Positions 30,325 to 38,796 of a DNA stretch of 64,000 bases are shown here, piece by piece; position 1 is the first letter of the stretch; the number at the start of each line of letters is the position of its first letter. The DNA is taken from NCBI GenBank assembly GCA_964404195.1, contig CAYOJC010000002.1:38886-102885 (forward strand), given 5' to 3'. The translations under genes and the position numbers were made by a program. Source of the DNA: an uncultured Syntrophobacteraceae bacterium (lineage in GTDB: Bacteria > Desulfobacterota > Binatia > UBA9968). The notes under the pieces are model-generated. The model ran no database searches, had not been told where the DNA came from, and saw nothing but the letters and a program-made list of their open reading frames with translations.

Positions 30325-30440
30325 GGGTGAAAACCTCTCGCGGGTGAAGCAGACAGAGAATCAAAAACGTTACCGGTTGGTTCGACGACTCTTAGGAAGG
30401 CGAAAGCTTTCTCGAACCCGAGACGCGTGGAAGGAGAGTT

Positions 30441-30551
30441 ATGCAGTTTTTTAAAGAAGAGAAAGGTAAGATCGGTTGGATCCTGCTATGGGCGATAGGA
30501 GTGCCCATACCTGTGTTAGTCGTTTTCTTTCTGTTGCGTGGTTGCACGTAA
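30441..30551 (+). CDS. 36-aa single-TM small protein
   Basis: MQFFKEEKGKIGWILLWAIGVPIPVLVVFFLLRGCT with GGAAGGAGAG directly upstream. Not in the ORF track. Confidence 0.4.
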   Translation: MQFFKEEKGKIGWILLWAIGVPIPVLVVFFLLRGCT

Positions 30552-30601
30552 CGGAAACGATTGGCCTTAGTTAAAAGAAAGCCAGATAGAAGGAGGTACG
30601 T

Positions 30602-30910
30602 ATGCGGCAGGTATTAAAGTCTTTTGTAGTTATGGTGTTGATTCTCTCGCTCGCTGGCTGCCAAGCTATGACAGGCAGAACCGCCGGGCAGAACATTGAT
30701 GATGCCGCCATTACGGCTTCAGTGAAGTCAAAACTTGCGGCGGATAAGATTTCGAGTCTCACACGGGTGGACGTCGATACCACCAGCGGCACCGTTTACC
30801 TAAACGGTGTAGTCGAATCTGCTGATCAGAAGGCACGGGCCGGGCAACTCGCATCGCAGGCAAGCGGCGTCAATAACGTAGTCAATAACCTTCAAGTCCA
30901 AAAAAAATAG
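30602..30910 (+). CDS. BON-domain lipoprotein (OsmY-like)
   Basis: Lipobox LSLAGC and BON pattern AAITASVKSKLAADKISSLTRVDVDTTSGTVYLNGVVESADQKARAGQLASQASGV. GAAGGAGG is upstream. Confidence 0.75.
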   Translation: MRQVLKSFVVMVLILSLAGCQAMTGRTAGQNIDDAAITASVKSKLAADKISSLTRVDVDTTSGTVYLNGVVESADQKARAGQLASQASGVNNVVNNLQVQKK

Positions 30911-30971
30911 CACGACTTCAGTTAATTTTTGGGCCAGCAGGCTACTGGCATTTTTCGTTAAGTGGTACGGC

Positions 30972-30977
30972 TTATAA
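30972..30977 (+). promoter_or_regulatory. candidate -10 box (TATAAT) upstream of the catalase gene
   Basis: Perfect TATAAT about 66 nt upstream of the katE ATG, with no convincing -35. This is compatible with an RpoS-type promoter but unproven. Confidence 0.25.
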
Positions 30978-31043
30978 TGTTAGCCCAAAATGCACAGAGA
31001 CTCTCGCTTGAGACCCACAATAAGTTAGAAAAAGAGGATTTCA

Positions 31044-33227
31044 ATGGGTAAAGGCAAACAGAAAGACAATAATGACAAGGTAAATGACTTGGCGAGATTT
31101 CGTGAAGACGGCTCGGGGGAATACCTCACCACTAATCAGGGTTTACGCATTAATGACGATCAGAACTCACTCAAAGGAGGCTCTCGCGGGCCGTCGTTAT
31201 TGGAAGATTTCATCCTCCGTGAGAAAATCACGCACTTCGACCACGAACGCATTCCCGAACGGGTCGTTCACGCGCGCGGCGCGGCGGCTCACGGTTATTT
31301 CCAAGTATACAAATCCCTGGCCCCCTACACAAAAGCCAAGTTTCTCCAAGACCCGTCAGTCAAGACGCCGGTCTTCGTGCGCTTCTCTACCGTAGTCGGG
31401 TCGCGTGGTTCAACCGACCTGGCGCGTGATGTGCGCGGATTCGCCGTTAAGTTCTATACCGAAGAGGGCAACTATGATCTGGTCGGCAATAACATTCCCG
31501 TTTTCTTCATTCAAGACGCGGTCAAATTTCCCGATCTTATCCATGCCGTCAAGCCGGAACCGCAACACGAAATGCCCCAGGCGGCGTCAGCGCACGACAC
31601 CTTCTGGGACTTCATTTCATTGATGCCGGAAACCATGCACATGATTATGTGGGTGATGTCCGATCGCGCCATTCCGCGAAGTTTCCGCATGATGGAAGGC
31701 TTCGGCGTCCACACGTTCCGCTTCATCAATGAAAAAGGCAAAGCGCGTTTTGTAAAGTTTCACTGGAAGCCCCTACTTGGCGTTCACTCGGTGGTTTGGG
31801 ATGAAGCGCAGAAGATTTCCGGTCAAGACCCGGACTTTCTCCGACGCGACCTGTGGGAAGCAATCGAGAACGGCGATTATCCTGAATGGGAATTCGGCGT
31901 CCAGATCATTGAGGAAGAGGACGAGCACAAGTTCGACTTCGATTTGCTAGACGCAACTAAAATCATTCCTGAGGAATTGGTTCCCGTCAAACGCATCGGC
32001 AAGTTGACCCTTAACCGCAACCCCGACAACTTTTTCGCCGAGACGGAGCAGGTCGCTTTTCATCCGGGCCACATTGTGCCCGGAATTGACTTCACTAATG
32101 ATCCGCTCCTGCAGGGCCGGCTTTTCTCTTATACGGATACGCAACTGATTCGCTTGGGCGGCCCCAACTTTCACGAGATTCCGATCAACCGTCCCTTGGC
32201 GCCCGTTCACAACAATCAACGCGACGCCCATATGCGTCAAACGATCAATCGCGGCCGCGTCAGTTATCAGCCGAATTCGATTGGCGGGGGCTGTCCCATG
32301 CAATCGAAAGAAAGCACGGGCGGCTTTGTCAGCTACGCCGAACATATTGACGCCCCGAAGGTTCGGGAGCGGAGTGAAAGGTTCTTCGATCATTTCAGCC
32401 AGGCGGCGCTTTTTTGGAACAGTCAATCCGATCCGGAGAAAGAACATATCGTGCAGGCCTTGCGGTTCGAATTAGGCAAGGTGGAAGTCACAGACATCAG
32501 AAAACGGATGGTCGGAATGCTTGCTCATGTTGACAAAACTTTGGCCAGCCGTGTCGCCCAAGGTCTCGGCATCAGCGTCGCAGGGAAGCTGGACACTCCT
32601 TTGAACATGAGTGTGCCGGCAGACGGCAATGTAAAGCAGTTTCAACCAAAGCCAGCAAATACATCAATCGGCAACTCGCCTGCCCTGAGTATGGCGAACA
32701 CCGTCAAGGACAGCATCAAAACCCGCAAGGTAGCCGTCCTCACCGCTGACGGATTCGATGACTCCGCTCTTTCCAACATGAAGCAAGCGTTGACGGCAGC
32801 CGGAGGCCAGGCCAAGGTCGTCGCACCGAGACTCGGATTTTTGACGAGCGCGAAGGGCGCTGAAGTCAAAATAGATTTCAGTTTGCTCACAGCCAGTTCA
32901 GTCATGTTCGATGCTGTTTATATCCCTGGAGGAGAAAAGAGCGTTGAAGCTCTCAAGAGTGAGGCTTCCGCTCTCCACTTCGTTAAAGAGGCGTACAAAC
33001 ATTGCAAGACGATTGCTGCAAGCGGCGCAGGGATCGAGTTAGTACGCGCGCCTTATGTCGGCGCGGACACGGCCAAGAATGACGCCGAAGGAAATCAACT
33101 CATTGCAGAAGAGGGAGTCATCATCGGTCACGACGCTCAAGCTGCAAAAGTTGCGTCGGAATTCATCAAAGCTATCGCTCGACATCGCCATTGGAGCCGA
33201 GAGATGAAAGGCCAAGTGCCAGCTTGA
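31044..33227 (+). CDS. katE: large-subunit monofunctional catalase, HPII type, with C-terminal DJ-1/PfpI-like domain
   Basis: 727 aa with catalase core motifs ([30 protein letters not shown], heme-ligand Tyr region) and a class-I glutamine-amidotransferase-like C-terminal extension. Confidence 0.95.
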   Translation: MGKGKQKDNNDKVNDLARFREDGSGEYLTTNQGLRINDDQNSLKGGSRGPSLLEDFILREKITHFDHERIPERVVHARGAAAHGYFQVYKSLAPYTKAKFLQDPSVKTPVFVRFSTVVGSRGSTDLARDVRGFAVKFYTEEGNYDLVGNNIPVFFIQDAVKFPDLIHAVKPEPQHEMPQAASAHDTFWDFISLMPETMHMIMWVMSDRAIPRSFRMMEGFGVHTFRFINEKGKARFVKFHWKPLLGVHSVVWDEAQKISGQDPDFLRRDLWEAIENGDYPEWEFGVQIIEEEDEHKFDFDLLDATKIIPEELVPVKRIGKLTLNRNPDNFFAETEQVAFHPGHIVPGIDFTNDPLLQGRLFSYTDTQLIRLGGPNFHEIPINRPLAPVHNNQRDAHMRQTINRGRVSYQPNSIGGGCPMQSKESTGGFVSYAEHIDAPKVRERSERFFDHFSQAALFWNSQSDPEKEHIVQALRFELGKVEVTDIRKRMVGMLAHVDKTLASRVAQGLGISVAGKLDTPLNMSVPADGNVKQFQPKPANTSIGNSPALSMANTVKDSIKTRKVAVLTADGFDDSALSNMKQALTAAGGQAKVVAPRLGFLTSAKGAEVKIDFSLLTASSVMFDAVYIPGGEKSVEALKSEASALHFVKEAYKHCKTIAASGAGIELVRAPYVGADTAKNDAEGNQLIAEEGVIIGHDAQAAKVASEFIKAIARHRHWSREMKGQVPA

Positions 33228-33313
33228 TCCCTCGTCGCAAATGGCCAGTCGGAAAAACGTCGTCGGATTCGGAAAAAGGTCATGAAGCATCATAACATTA
33301 ACAGGAGGGGACA

Positions 33314-33907
33314 ATGAAAACGGATCAGTTGATTCAGCTTCTTTATGAGGCATTAGAAACCGAGATGGGCGGTGTGAAGGTCTATGAGACGGCAATACGC
33401 TGCGCCGTGAACGAGGACCTCAAAGAAGAGTGGAAAAAATACCTGGATCAGACCCGTAGGCATGAAGAAATCCTCCGGGAACTTTTGGGAAAGTTACAGC
33501 TGGACCCCGAGTTGGAAACTCCAGGACGCCACGTCGTGCGTCATATCGGAGAGTCGCTGGTGAAGGCTATGGATATGGCGCTGGTATCCGGCAAGCCCGA
33601 AGCCGCCCAAATAGTCGCTGCCGAGTGCGTGGTCGAAGCTGAGACCAAGGACCACTTGAACTGGGAGCTGATTGGCGAGGTAGCCAAAAAAATCAAAGGA
33701 GAAAAGGGGAAAGCCCTGAAGGAGGCCCACGAGCAGGTGGAGCCAGAGGAGGACGAGCACCTCTATCATACTACGGGCTGGAGCCGGGAATTGTGGATCC
33801 AGTCCCTGGGCTTGCCCGCTGTAATTCCTCCGCCAGAGGAAGAAAAGGATGTTAAGTCAGCAATCGGCGCTGCTCGCGCCAAGCAGAGTCGCACGGAAAT
33901 GCTGTAA
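33314..33907 (+). CDS. ferritin-like/rubrerythrin-like domain protein
   Basis: 197 aa with paired E...E..H-type helices (LYEALETEMGGVKVYE, EEDEHLYHTTGW). AGGAGGGG is upstream. The family call is tentative. Confidence 0.45.
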   Translation: MKTDQLIQLLYEALETEMGGVKVYETAIRCAVNEDLKEEWKKYLDQTRRHEEILRELLGKLQLDPELETPGRHVVRHIGESLVKAMDMALVSGKPEAAQIVAAECVVEAETKDHLNWELIGEVAKKIKGEKGKALKEAHEQVEPEEDEHLYHTTGWSRELWIQSLGLPAVIPPPEEEKDVKSAIGAARAKQSRTEML

Positions 33908-34023
33908 GGTTCGGCGCGCGTTTGTTATAGACAACTGCAGGCTTTTCGTGTTCGCTTGTCTTTGAGAAGCTGGCATAAGATGGCGTTTTAAAGTCCCATG
34001 ACAGGTATGAAAGGAGATATTAT

Positions 34024-34305
34024 ATGGAAACTGATACAAAGAGCCCGACCAGTCGATCGAGCCCGACCGAGGACGAATTCACAAAAAATGTGGAGAAGTA
34101 CACAGCGCAGATACCTTCTTCCGCGTTTCTCGGCGTCGCCATTGGCTCAATGGCGCTTTCACTCGCGTTCCAGTTGATGGGACGGGGCAAGTGGGGAAAT
34201 TTCATTGCGCAATGGGTTCCTACATGGCTAATCATCGGGGTGTACAACAAACTGGTGAAGCTCGAAGGGCATGATCATATCGATACACCAAGGAGGTCTT
34301 TCTAG
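34024..34305 (+). CDS. hypothetical small membrane protein
   Basis: 93 aa with AAAGGAGA upstream and two hydrophobic helices. Confidence 0.5.
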   Translation: METDTKSPTSRSSPTEDEFTKNVEKYTAQIPSSAFLGVAIGSMALSLAFQLMGRGKWGNFIAQWVPTWLIIGVYNKLVKLEGHDHIDTPRRSF

Positions 34306-34562
34306 TGGGTATTATAGGATGGATTCTGTTTGGACTTGTCGTTGGGATTGTGGCCAAGTTCATGACGCCGGGCCGTGATCCAGGGGGATTCGTTGTTACC
34401 ATTCTTCTGGGAATCGCGGGAGCGCTTGCCGGCGGTTTCATCGGCCGCGCTCTCGGCATATTTGGAGAAGGCGACCCGGTCGGTTTTGCAATGGCCGTCA
34501 TCGGGTCGATTGTATTGCTCCTACTTTACCGGCTCGTAGCAGGCCGCCGTCGGTTTGCGTAA
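34305..34562 (+). CDS. GlsB/YeaQ/YmgE family stress-response membrane protein (transglycosylase-associated)
   Basis: MGIIGWILFGLVVGIVAKFMTPGRDPGGFVVTILLGIAGALAGGFIG is the canonical family signature. GTG start with AGGAGG upstream. Confidence 0.85.
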   Translation: MGIIGWILFGLVVGIVAKFMTPGRDPGGFVVTILLGIAGALAGGFIGRALGIFGEGDPVGFAMAVIGSIVLLLLYRLVAGRRRFA

Positions 34563-34781
34563 GGATCGGCTCGCTTTCTTTGCTAGGGAAGGTGGACAAG
34601 CGATCCCTACAGCGGAACGTTGAACAATCGCCTGGTAAAAAGTATCAGTTCGAGAAGACGACCGCTCTATCTTTTATCTAGCGTTGCTAGCGATAGGGTG
34701 TACCAGCGACGGATCTAAAAGTGATCCTCGCCGTGAACCGCCGACGTTGGTCGGCGCTGGTCAGCCTCGCTCGAACCACAC

Positions 34782-34829
34782 AAGTTTCTCCAAGACCTGT
34801 CAGTCAAGACGCCGGTCTTCGTGCGCTTC
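34782..34829. repeat. 48-nt direct repeat of an internal katE coding segment (copy of 31338-31385, 47/48 identical)
   Basis: aagtttctccaagacc[c/t]gtcagtcaagacgccggtcttcgtgcgcttc occurs inside katE and again 3.4 kb downstream in non-coding DNA. Weaker similarity continues for about 15 nt more. Confidence 0.8.
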
Positions 34830-34922
34830 GCGACTGTCGTTGACTTGCCCCCCTAAATTTGGACCATTGCGAAAGTAAGCCCTCCAGACCTTGTTTAAGC
34901 ACGCCTTGGCAAGGCCCCATTT

Positions 34923-34940
34923 TAGACTATATAAAGTCTA
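34923..34940. promoter_or_regulatory. 18-bp perfect palindrome TAGACTATATAAAGTCTA abutting the antitoxin start codon
   Basis: Inverted repeat TAGACT/AGTCTA around a TATATAAA core, 1 nt before the ATG at 34942. This is typical of an autoregulated TA operator/promoter with a leaderless transcript. Confidence 0.45.
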
Positions 34941-34941
34941 T

Positions 34942-35220
34942 ATGAAGACTCTGACAACCACTGACGCGAAAAAAAACCTCAGCCGCTGGCTGAGCGCCGC
35001 AGCCCGTGGCGAAGATGTCGGTATCGTCTGTGGGGCGGATATTATAGCCCTGCGTAAAGTGGAGGTGGAATCAACCGACTACGCCCAGCGCGAATATGCG
35101 GCGACCCCCGATCAGGTAGCGGCTTTGGAAAAAGCTACGGACGCACGTTACCGGAAGCTCAAGCGCTCTGGAAAACTCGTCACCGTCACGGCTGAACAAC
35201 TGGGAAAATTGCTAGCCTAA
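34942..35220 (+). CDS. Phd/YefM-like type II antitoxin
   Basis: MKTLTTTDAKKNLSRWLSAAARGEDVGIVCGADIIALRKVE matches the Phd/YefM N-terminal fold consensus. It lies immediately upstream of the toxin-like gene. Confidence 0.5.
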   Translation: MKTLTTTDAKKNLSRWLSAAARGEDVGIVCGADIIALRKVEVESTDYAQREYAATPDQVAALEKATDARYRKLKRSGKLVTVTAEQLGKLLA

Positions 35221-35242
35221 GCTTCTCTCCATCGACCCCGGC

Positions 35243-35503
35243 GTGTTCCGACGGCTGCGAGATCTGCCCAAAAGCGAAAGAGTAGAGTGCCTGTTGGCGT
35301 TGTGCGACTTGGCTGAAAGCTTCGGACGACCTCACGTCCACAGCGGCCTTGGCATTCGCAAATTGGGCAATAAGCTGTTTGAATGTCGCGGAAGTATTGC
35401 ATTGCGTTTCATCTTCCAAGACCGTCCGACCGATCTTTTCGTCTCATTCTTAGGCAACCACGATGAAATCAAAGCGTTGCTGAGAGGCGGGAAATATCGC
35501 TAA
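35243..35503 (+). CDS. RelE/ParE-superfamily toxin-like protein (HigB/Gp49-like)
   Basis: ...LPKSERVECLLALCDLAESFGRPHVHSGLGIRKLGNKLFECRGSIALRFIFQDRPTDLFVSFLGNHDEIKAL fits the RelE-fold pattern (k.L.g..lyElR..g..R.i...d..l.vl.lg.gkHd). GTG start. Confidence 0.45.
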   Translation: MFRRLRDLPKSERVECLLALCDLAESFGRPHVHSGLGIRKLGNKLFECRGSIALRFIFQDRPTDLFVSFLGNHDEIKALLRGGKYR

Positions 35504-35756
35504 CCCTGATCGCTGACCTGGCAGGCTCCAAAGAAATCCAGGCTGTAGCCATCGTGGATACATGAGTCTTTTTTATCATGTAAAAACGACTTTGCAAGGC
35601 CGATTTGATGATCTACAGCCCGGCCGGCAGAACGACTCCTAATTCGAATTTCCCGGCAATGGCAGCGCCTATCTCAAATTGAGGATCGGCTGCGGAACGG
35701 TTGATCCAAAACTCAAATTTGACCCGAGCCTTGATTAGCCGGGCGGCACTTGCAGA

Positions 35757-35870
35757 ACCGCGGGGTTGATTCGATCCGCCCGAGCCTACAGCCGCGTCCT
35801 CAAAGTCGCCCGCACCATCGCCGATCTGGAAGGCTCCGAAGAAATCCGTCCGGTTCAAATCTCCGAGGTG
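35757..35870 (+). pseudogene. comM: second, short comM/yifB 3' fragment (about 38 codons, no stop, runs antisense into lpxD)
   Basis: GLIRSARAYSRVLKVARTIADLEGSEEIRPVQISEVIFGY is homologous to the C-terminus of the left comM fragment. The core 35774-35832 is the right copy of the direct repeat. Confidence 0.7.
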
Positions 35871-35900
35871 ATATTTGGATATGGGCAACCAAAGCTGCCC

Positions 35901-36923
35901 TCACCGCCGCTTTGCTGTCGCCGCCTTGCGGCCGGAGAGCGCCTTCACCTTCTTCACCAGATTCGGCAGGTTCGTCAGCTCGGCGTAGGTTTTTTTGAAC
36001 TCCGCCAGCGGCCGCGCGGGTGTGCCCCACATGGTGAGCCCGCGGCGCACTATTTTCCCGGTGGGAATTCCCGCCTGCGCGCCGATGATCGCTCGATCCT
36101 CGATGCGCACCGCGTTGCCGACGCCGACCTGGCCGCCGATCACGACGTAATCGCCGATCTCGGAGCTGCCGGCGATGCCGGTCTGCGCCGCGATCACGCA
36201 GTGGCGGCCGACACGCACGTTGTGGCCGATTTGCACCAGGTTATCGATCTTGGTGCCCTGGCCGATGACGGTGTTTTCCAGCGCGCCGCGGTCGATCGTC
36301 GTATTGCTGCCGATCTCGACGTCGTCCTCGATGATCACCAGTCCGATCTGCGGAAATTTATGATGCCGGCCGTCGGCGAATACGTAGCCGAACCCGTCCG
36401 AGCCTATAACGGACCCGCTGTGAATCGCTACCCGATCGGCGATGCGCGCTGAATAAACCGAGACACGGGGGCGTAGAATGCAATCGGCGCCGATCGCGAC
36501 CCCGTTGCCGAGAAAAACTCCCGCTCCGATCGATGTTCGAGCCCCTATGGTGACTTGATCTTCGATCACCGCGTGCGCGCCGACCGCTGCGTCGCCTGCC
36601 AGGCGGGCGCCCGAAGATACGACGGCCGTGGGGTGAATGCCGGAGTTAACCGGCGCTTTCGGCAGCAGCGCGGCGGCGGCACGAATCAAGGCCAGCTTTG
36701 GATGTTTGACGGCGATCGTTGTGCGGCCGGAGACCGCGCTTCCTTCGGCCACGAGAATACAACCCGCCGATGAGCGCCCGGCGAGGGCGAGCGCGCGGGC
36801 GCCTTCGGCAAAGGTTAAGTCTCCTGCCGCCGCGTTTTCCAGTCCCGCTACGCCAAGGACTTCTCTCGTCCCATCCCCCTTTAATTTTCCACCGAGCAAA
36901 CGCGCGATCTCTTCGACCTTCAT
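35901..36923 (-). CDS. lpxD: UDP-3-O-(3-hydroxyacyl)glucosamine N-acyltransferase
   Basis: 340 aa with an N-terminal LpxD domain and long left-handed beta-helix hexapeptide repeats ([19 protein letters not shown]...). Confidence 0.9.
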   Translation of the reverse strand: MKVEEIARLLGGKLKGDGTREVLGVAGLENAAAGDLTFAEGARALALAGRSSAGCILVAEGSAVSGRTTIAVKHPKLALIRAAAALLPKAPVNSGIHPTAVVSSGARLAGDAAVGAHAVIEDQVTIGARTSIGAGVFLGNGVAIGADCILRPRVSVYSARIADRVAIHSGSVIGSDGFGYVFADGRHHKFPQIGLVIIEDDVEIGSNTTIDRGALENTVIGQGTKIDNLVQIGHNVRVGRHCVIAAQTGIAGSSEIGDYVVIGGQVGVGNAVRIEDRAIIGAQAGIPTGKIVRRGLTMWGTPARPLAEFKKTYAELTNLPNLVKKVKALSGRKAATAKRR

Positions 36924-37160
36924 CTTATTCTCCTATGTTATTTGGCAATCGAAGCATCCCAACGATATCCCAGTTTGTCTCGGTGAACAAACCGGCGGCC
37001 CGTATGCAACTCCTAACTGACACAGAGCCCGCCGGGACTCGTTCATTTGAAAGTGCCCCGAGAAGCTGCTAGACATGCCGTAGACATTTCGTGGAGATGG
37101 AGTTCTCCGTTTAACCGCCCACAGGCTGATAACGCCTACTTTCATTCCGGAGGTAGAGTT

Positions 37161-38324
37161 ATGGAACAGCTCTGGTGGGACGCCTCAGTCTGGATCGCTC
37201 TCGCCCTGATATCCAGCCTAGTTTCTCTCCGAATCGGTATCTCCGCCGCTCTTGTCGAGCTGATCGTAGGAATACTTGCCGGGAACTCTTTTCATCTGCA
37301 AGTTTCCGAGTGGATTAATTTCCTCGCCAGTTTTGGCGCTATCATCCTCACGTTTCTCGCCGGCGCCGAGCTTGAAAGCCAGACCTTAAAAAGATTTTGG
37401 AAAGAAAGCCTCGTTCTTGGAATCATAGGTTTCTTTGCCCCGTTCGCTTTGTCATGGGCGGCAGCTCAGTTTCTCCTCGGTTGGGATCTCAGAGCATCCC
37501 AAATCGCTGGAATCGCCATGTCCACGACATCGGTCGCGGTGGTCTACGCCGTCATGGTGGAGACCGGGCTTAACGAGACTGCCATTGGGAAGCTGATCCT
37601 GGCCGCCTGCTTTGTGGACGATCTTGGAACCGTGATTGCCCTCGGGCTGCTCTTTACCAGCTTCGGAGTTTGGTTCTGGATCTTTATTGTTGTAACGGTT
37701 CTTGCGCTTCTACTTCTGCCGAAAATTACGCCCTTCTACCTTAAGCGAGTCAACGCGCATTCGAGCGAACCCGAGGTCAAGTACATCTATCTTGTCCTTC
37801 TCGTTCTCGCGTATTTGGCCGTGCGGGGCGGCAGCGAGGGCGTGTTGCCGGCCTATCTGGTCGGCATGGTGCTAGCCGACACCTTCCTCGCAAACAAAGA
37901 ACTCATCAGGCGAATGCGCGCGACCACGTTCGCCTTGCTCACGCCGTTCTACTTTCTCAAGGCCGGAAGCCTGGTGGATGTGAGAGCCGTGCTCACAGCT
38001 TTTGGCTTAGTCATCGTGTTCTTCTCGGCGAAGAGCCTGGCGAAATTTTTCGGTCTGTACCCGGCAGGGGTATGGTTCCGATTCACCACAAAGATCAATC
38101 TATATATCACGCTGATGATGAGCACGGGTCTTACGTTTGGAACTATTTCCGCCCTTTACGGGTTCACGCACGGAATCATCAACCGGGACCAGTACTCCAT
38201 CTTAGTCGTTGTTGTTATCTTAACCGCCATTATTCCGACACTCATAGCTCAGACCTTCTTCGAGCCCAAAGGAAAAGAACGCGAGGCTTTGTTTACGGAA
38301 AAAGGAGGAAAAGAAAATGTTTAA
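37161..38324 (+). CDS. cation:proton antiporter (CPA2/Kef-type membrane domain)
   Basis: Start MEQLWWDASVWIALALISS with GGAGG 7 nt upstream. About 12 TM helices and a Na+/H+-exchanger-family pattern. Confidence 0.8.
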   Translation: MEQLWWDASVWIALALISSLVSLRIGISAALVELIVGILAGNSFHLQVSEWINFLASFGAIILTFLAGAELESQTLKRFWKESLVLGIIGFFAPFALSWAAAQFLLGWDLRASQIAGIAMSTTSVAVVYAVMVETGLNETAIGKLILAACFVDDLGTVIALGLLFTSFGVWFWIFIVVTVLALLLLPKITPFYLKRVNAHSSEPEVKYIYLVLLVLAYLAVRGGSEGVLPAYLVGMVLADTFLANKELIRRMRATTFALLTPFYFLKAGSLVDVRAVLTAFGLVIVFFSAKSLAKFFGLYPAGVWFRFTTKINLYITLMMSTGLTFGTISALYGFTHGIINRDQYSILVVVVILTAIIPTLIAQTFFEPKGKEREALFTEKGGKENV

Positions 38325-38745
38325 GAAAATACTGCTGGCCTACGATGGGTCTGAAGGCGCCAAGCTCGCTTTGACCAAAGTTGCGGAGATGGCCAAGACT
38401 GCGGCGGCCGAGCTTCATCTTCTGGCAGTCGGCAGAATCCCGGAATATGCGGAGACGGTGAGTGAGGTGGAAGAGGCGAGAGAGCAGGCTAAGGGATTTT
38501 ATTCAAAGATTATGGAAGAAGCCGCTGCAAGCTTGCGGCAAAGAGGTCTTTCTTCAACGGTCCATATAGACTATGGCAAGCCCGCCGATGTTATTCTAAG
38601 GATTGCAGAGGAGTGGGGCGCTGATCTCATCGCAATCGGGACAAACCCTCACTCCGCTCTGAGGAGACGAGTTCTCGGCGCCACTGTAGACAAAGTCGTA
38701 GACCACGCGCACTGCTCCGTATTGGTTGTGAGAGACGGCAGTTGA
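38317..38745 (+). CDS. universal stress protein (UspA family)
   Basis: 142 aa, MFKKILLAYDGSEGAKLAL...GTNPHSALRRRVLGATVDKVVDHAHCSVLVV. It overlaps the antiporter gene by 8 nt. Confidence 0.9.
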   Translation: MFKKILLAYDGSEGAKLALTKVAEMAKTAAAELHLLAVGRIPEYAETVSEVEEAREQAKGFYSKIMEEAAASLRQRGLSSTVHIDYGKPADVILRIAEEWGADLIAIGTNPHSALRRRVLGATVDKVVDHAHCSVLVVRDGS

Positions 38746-38796
38746 TTTTGTTCGGCGGAATCAGCCCCCTCGACAGCAATAGTAAATCACCGCGGC

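Noticed and set aside
30944-30960. TGGCAT-N5-GTTA upstream of katE, and TGGCAT-N4-TGGC at about 33990, as additional sigma-54 promoters.
   Set aside because: The -12 GC dinucleotide is absent or mis-spaced, whereas sigma-54 spacing is essentially invariant. Only the 28166-28180 site fits.
35613-35888. A 91-aa minus-strand ORF between the toxin gene and lpxD.
   Set aside because: It runs antisense through the comM direct-repeat copy and has no start context or motifs.
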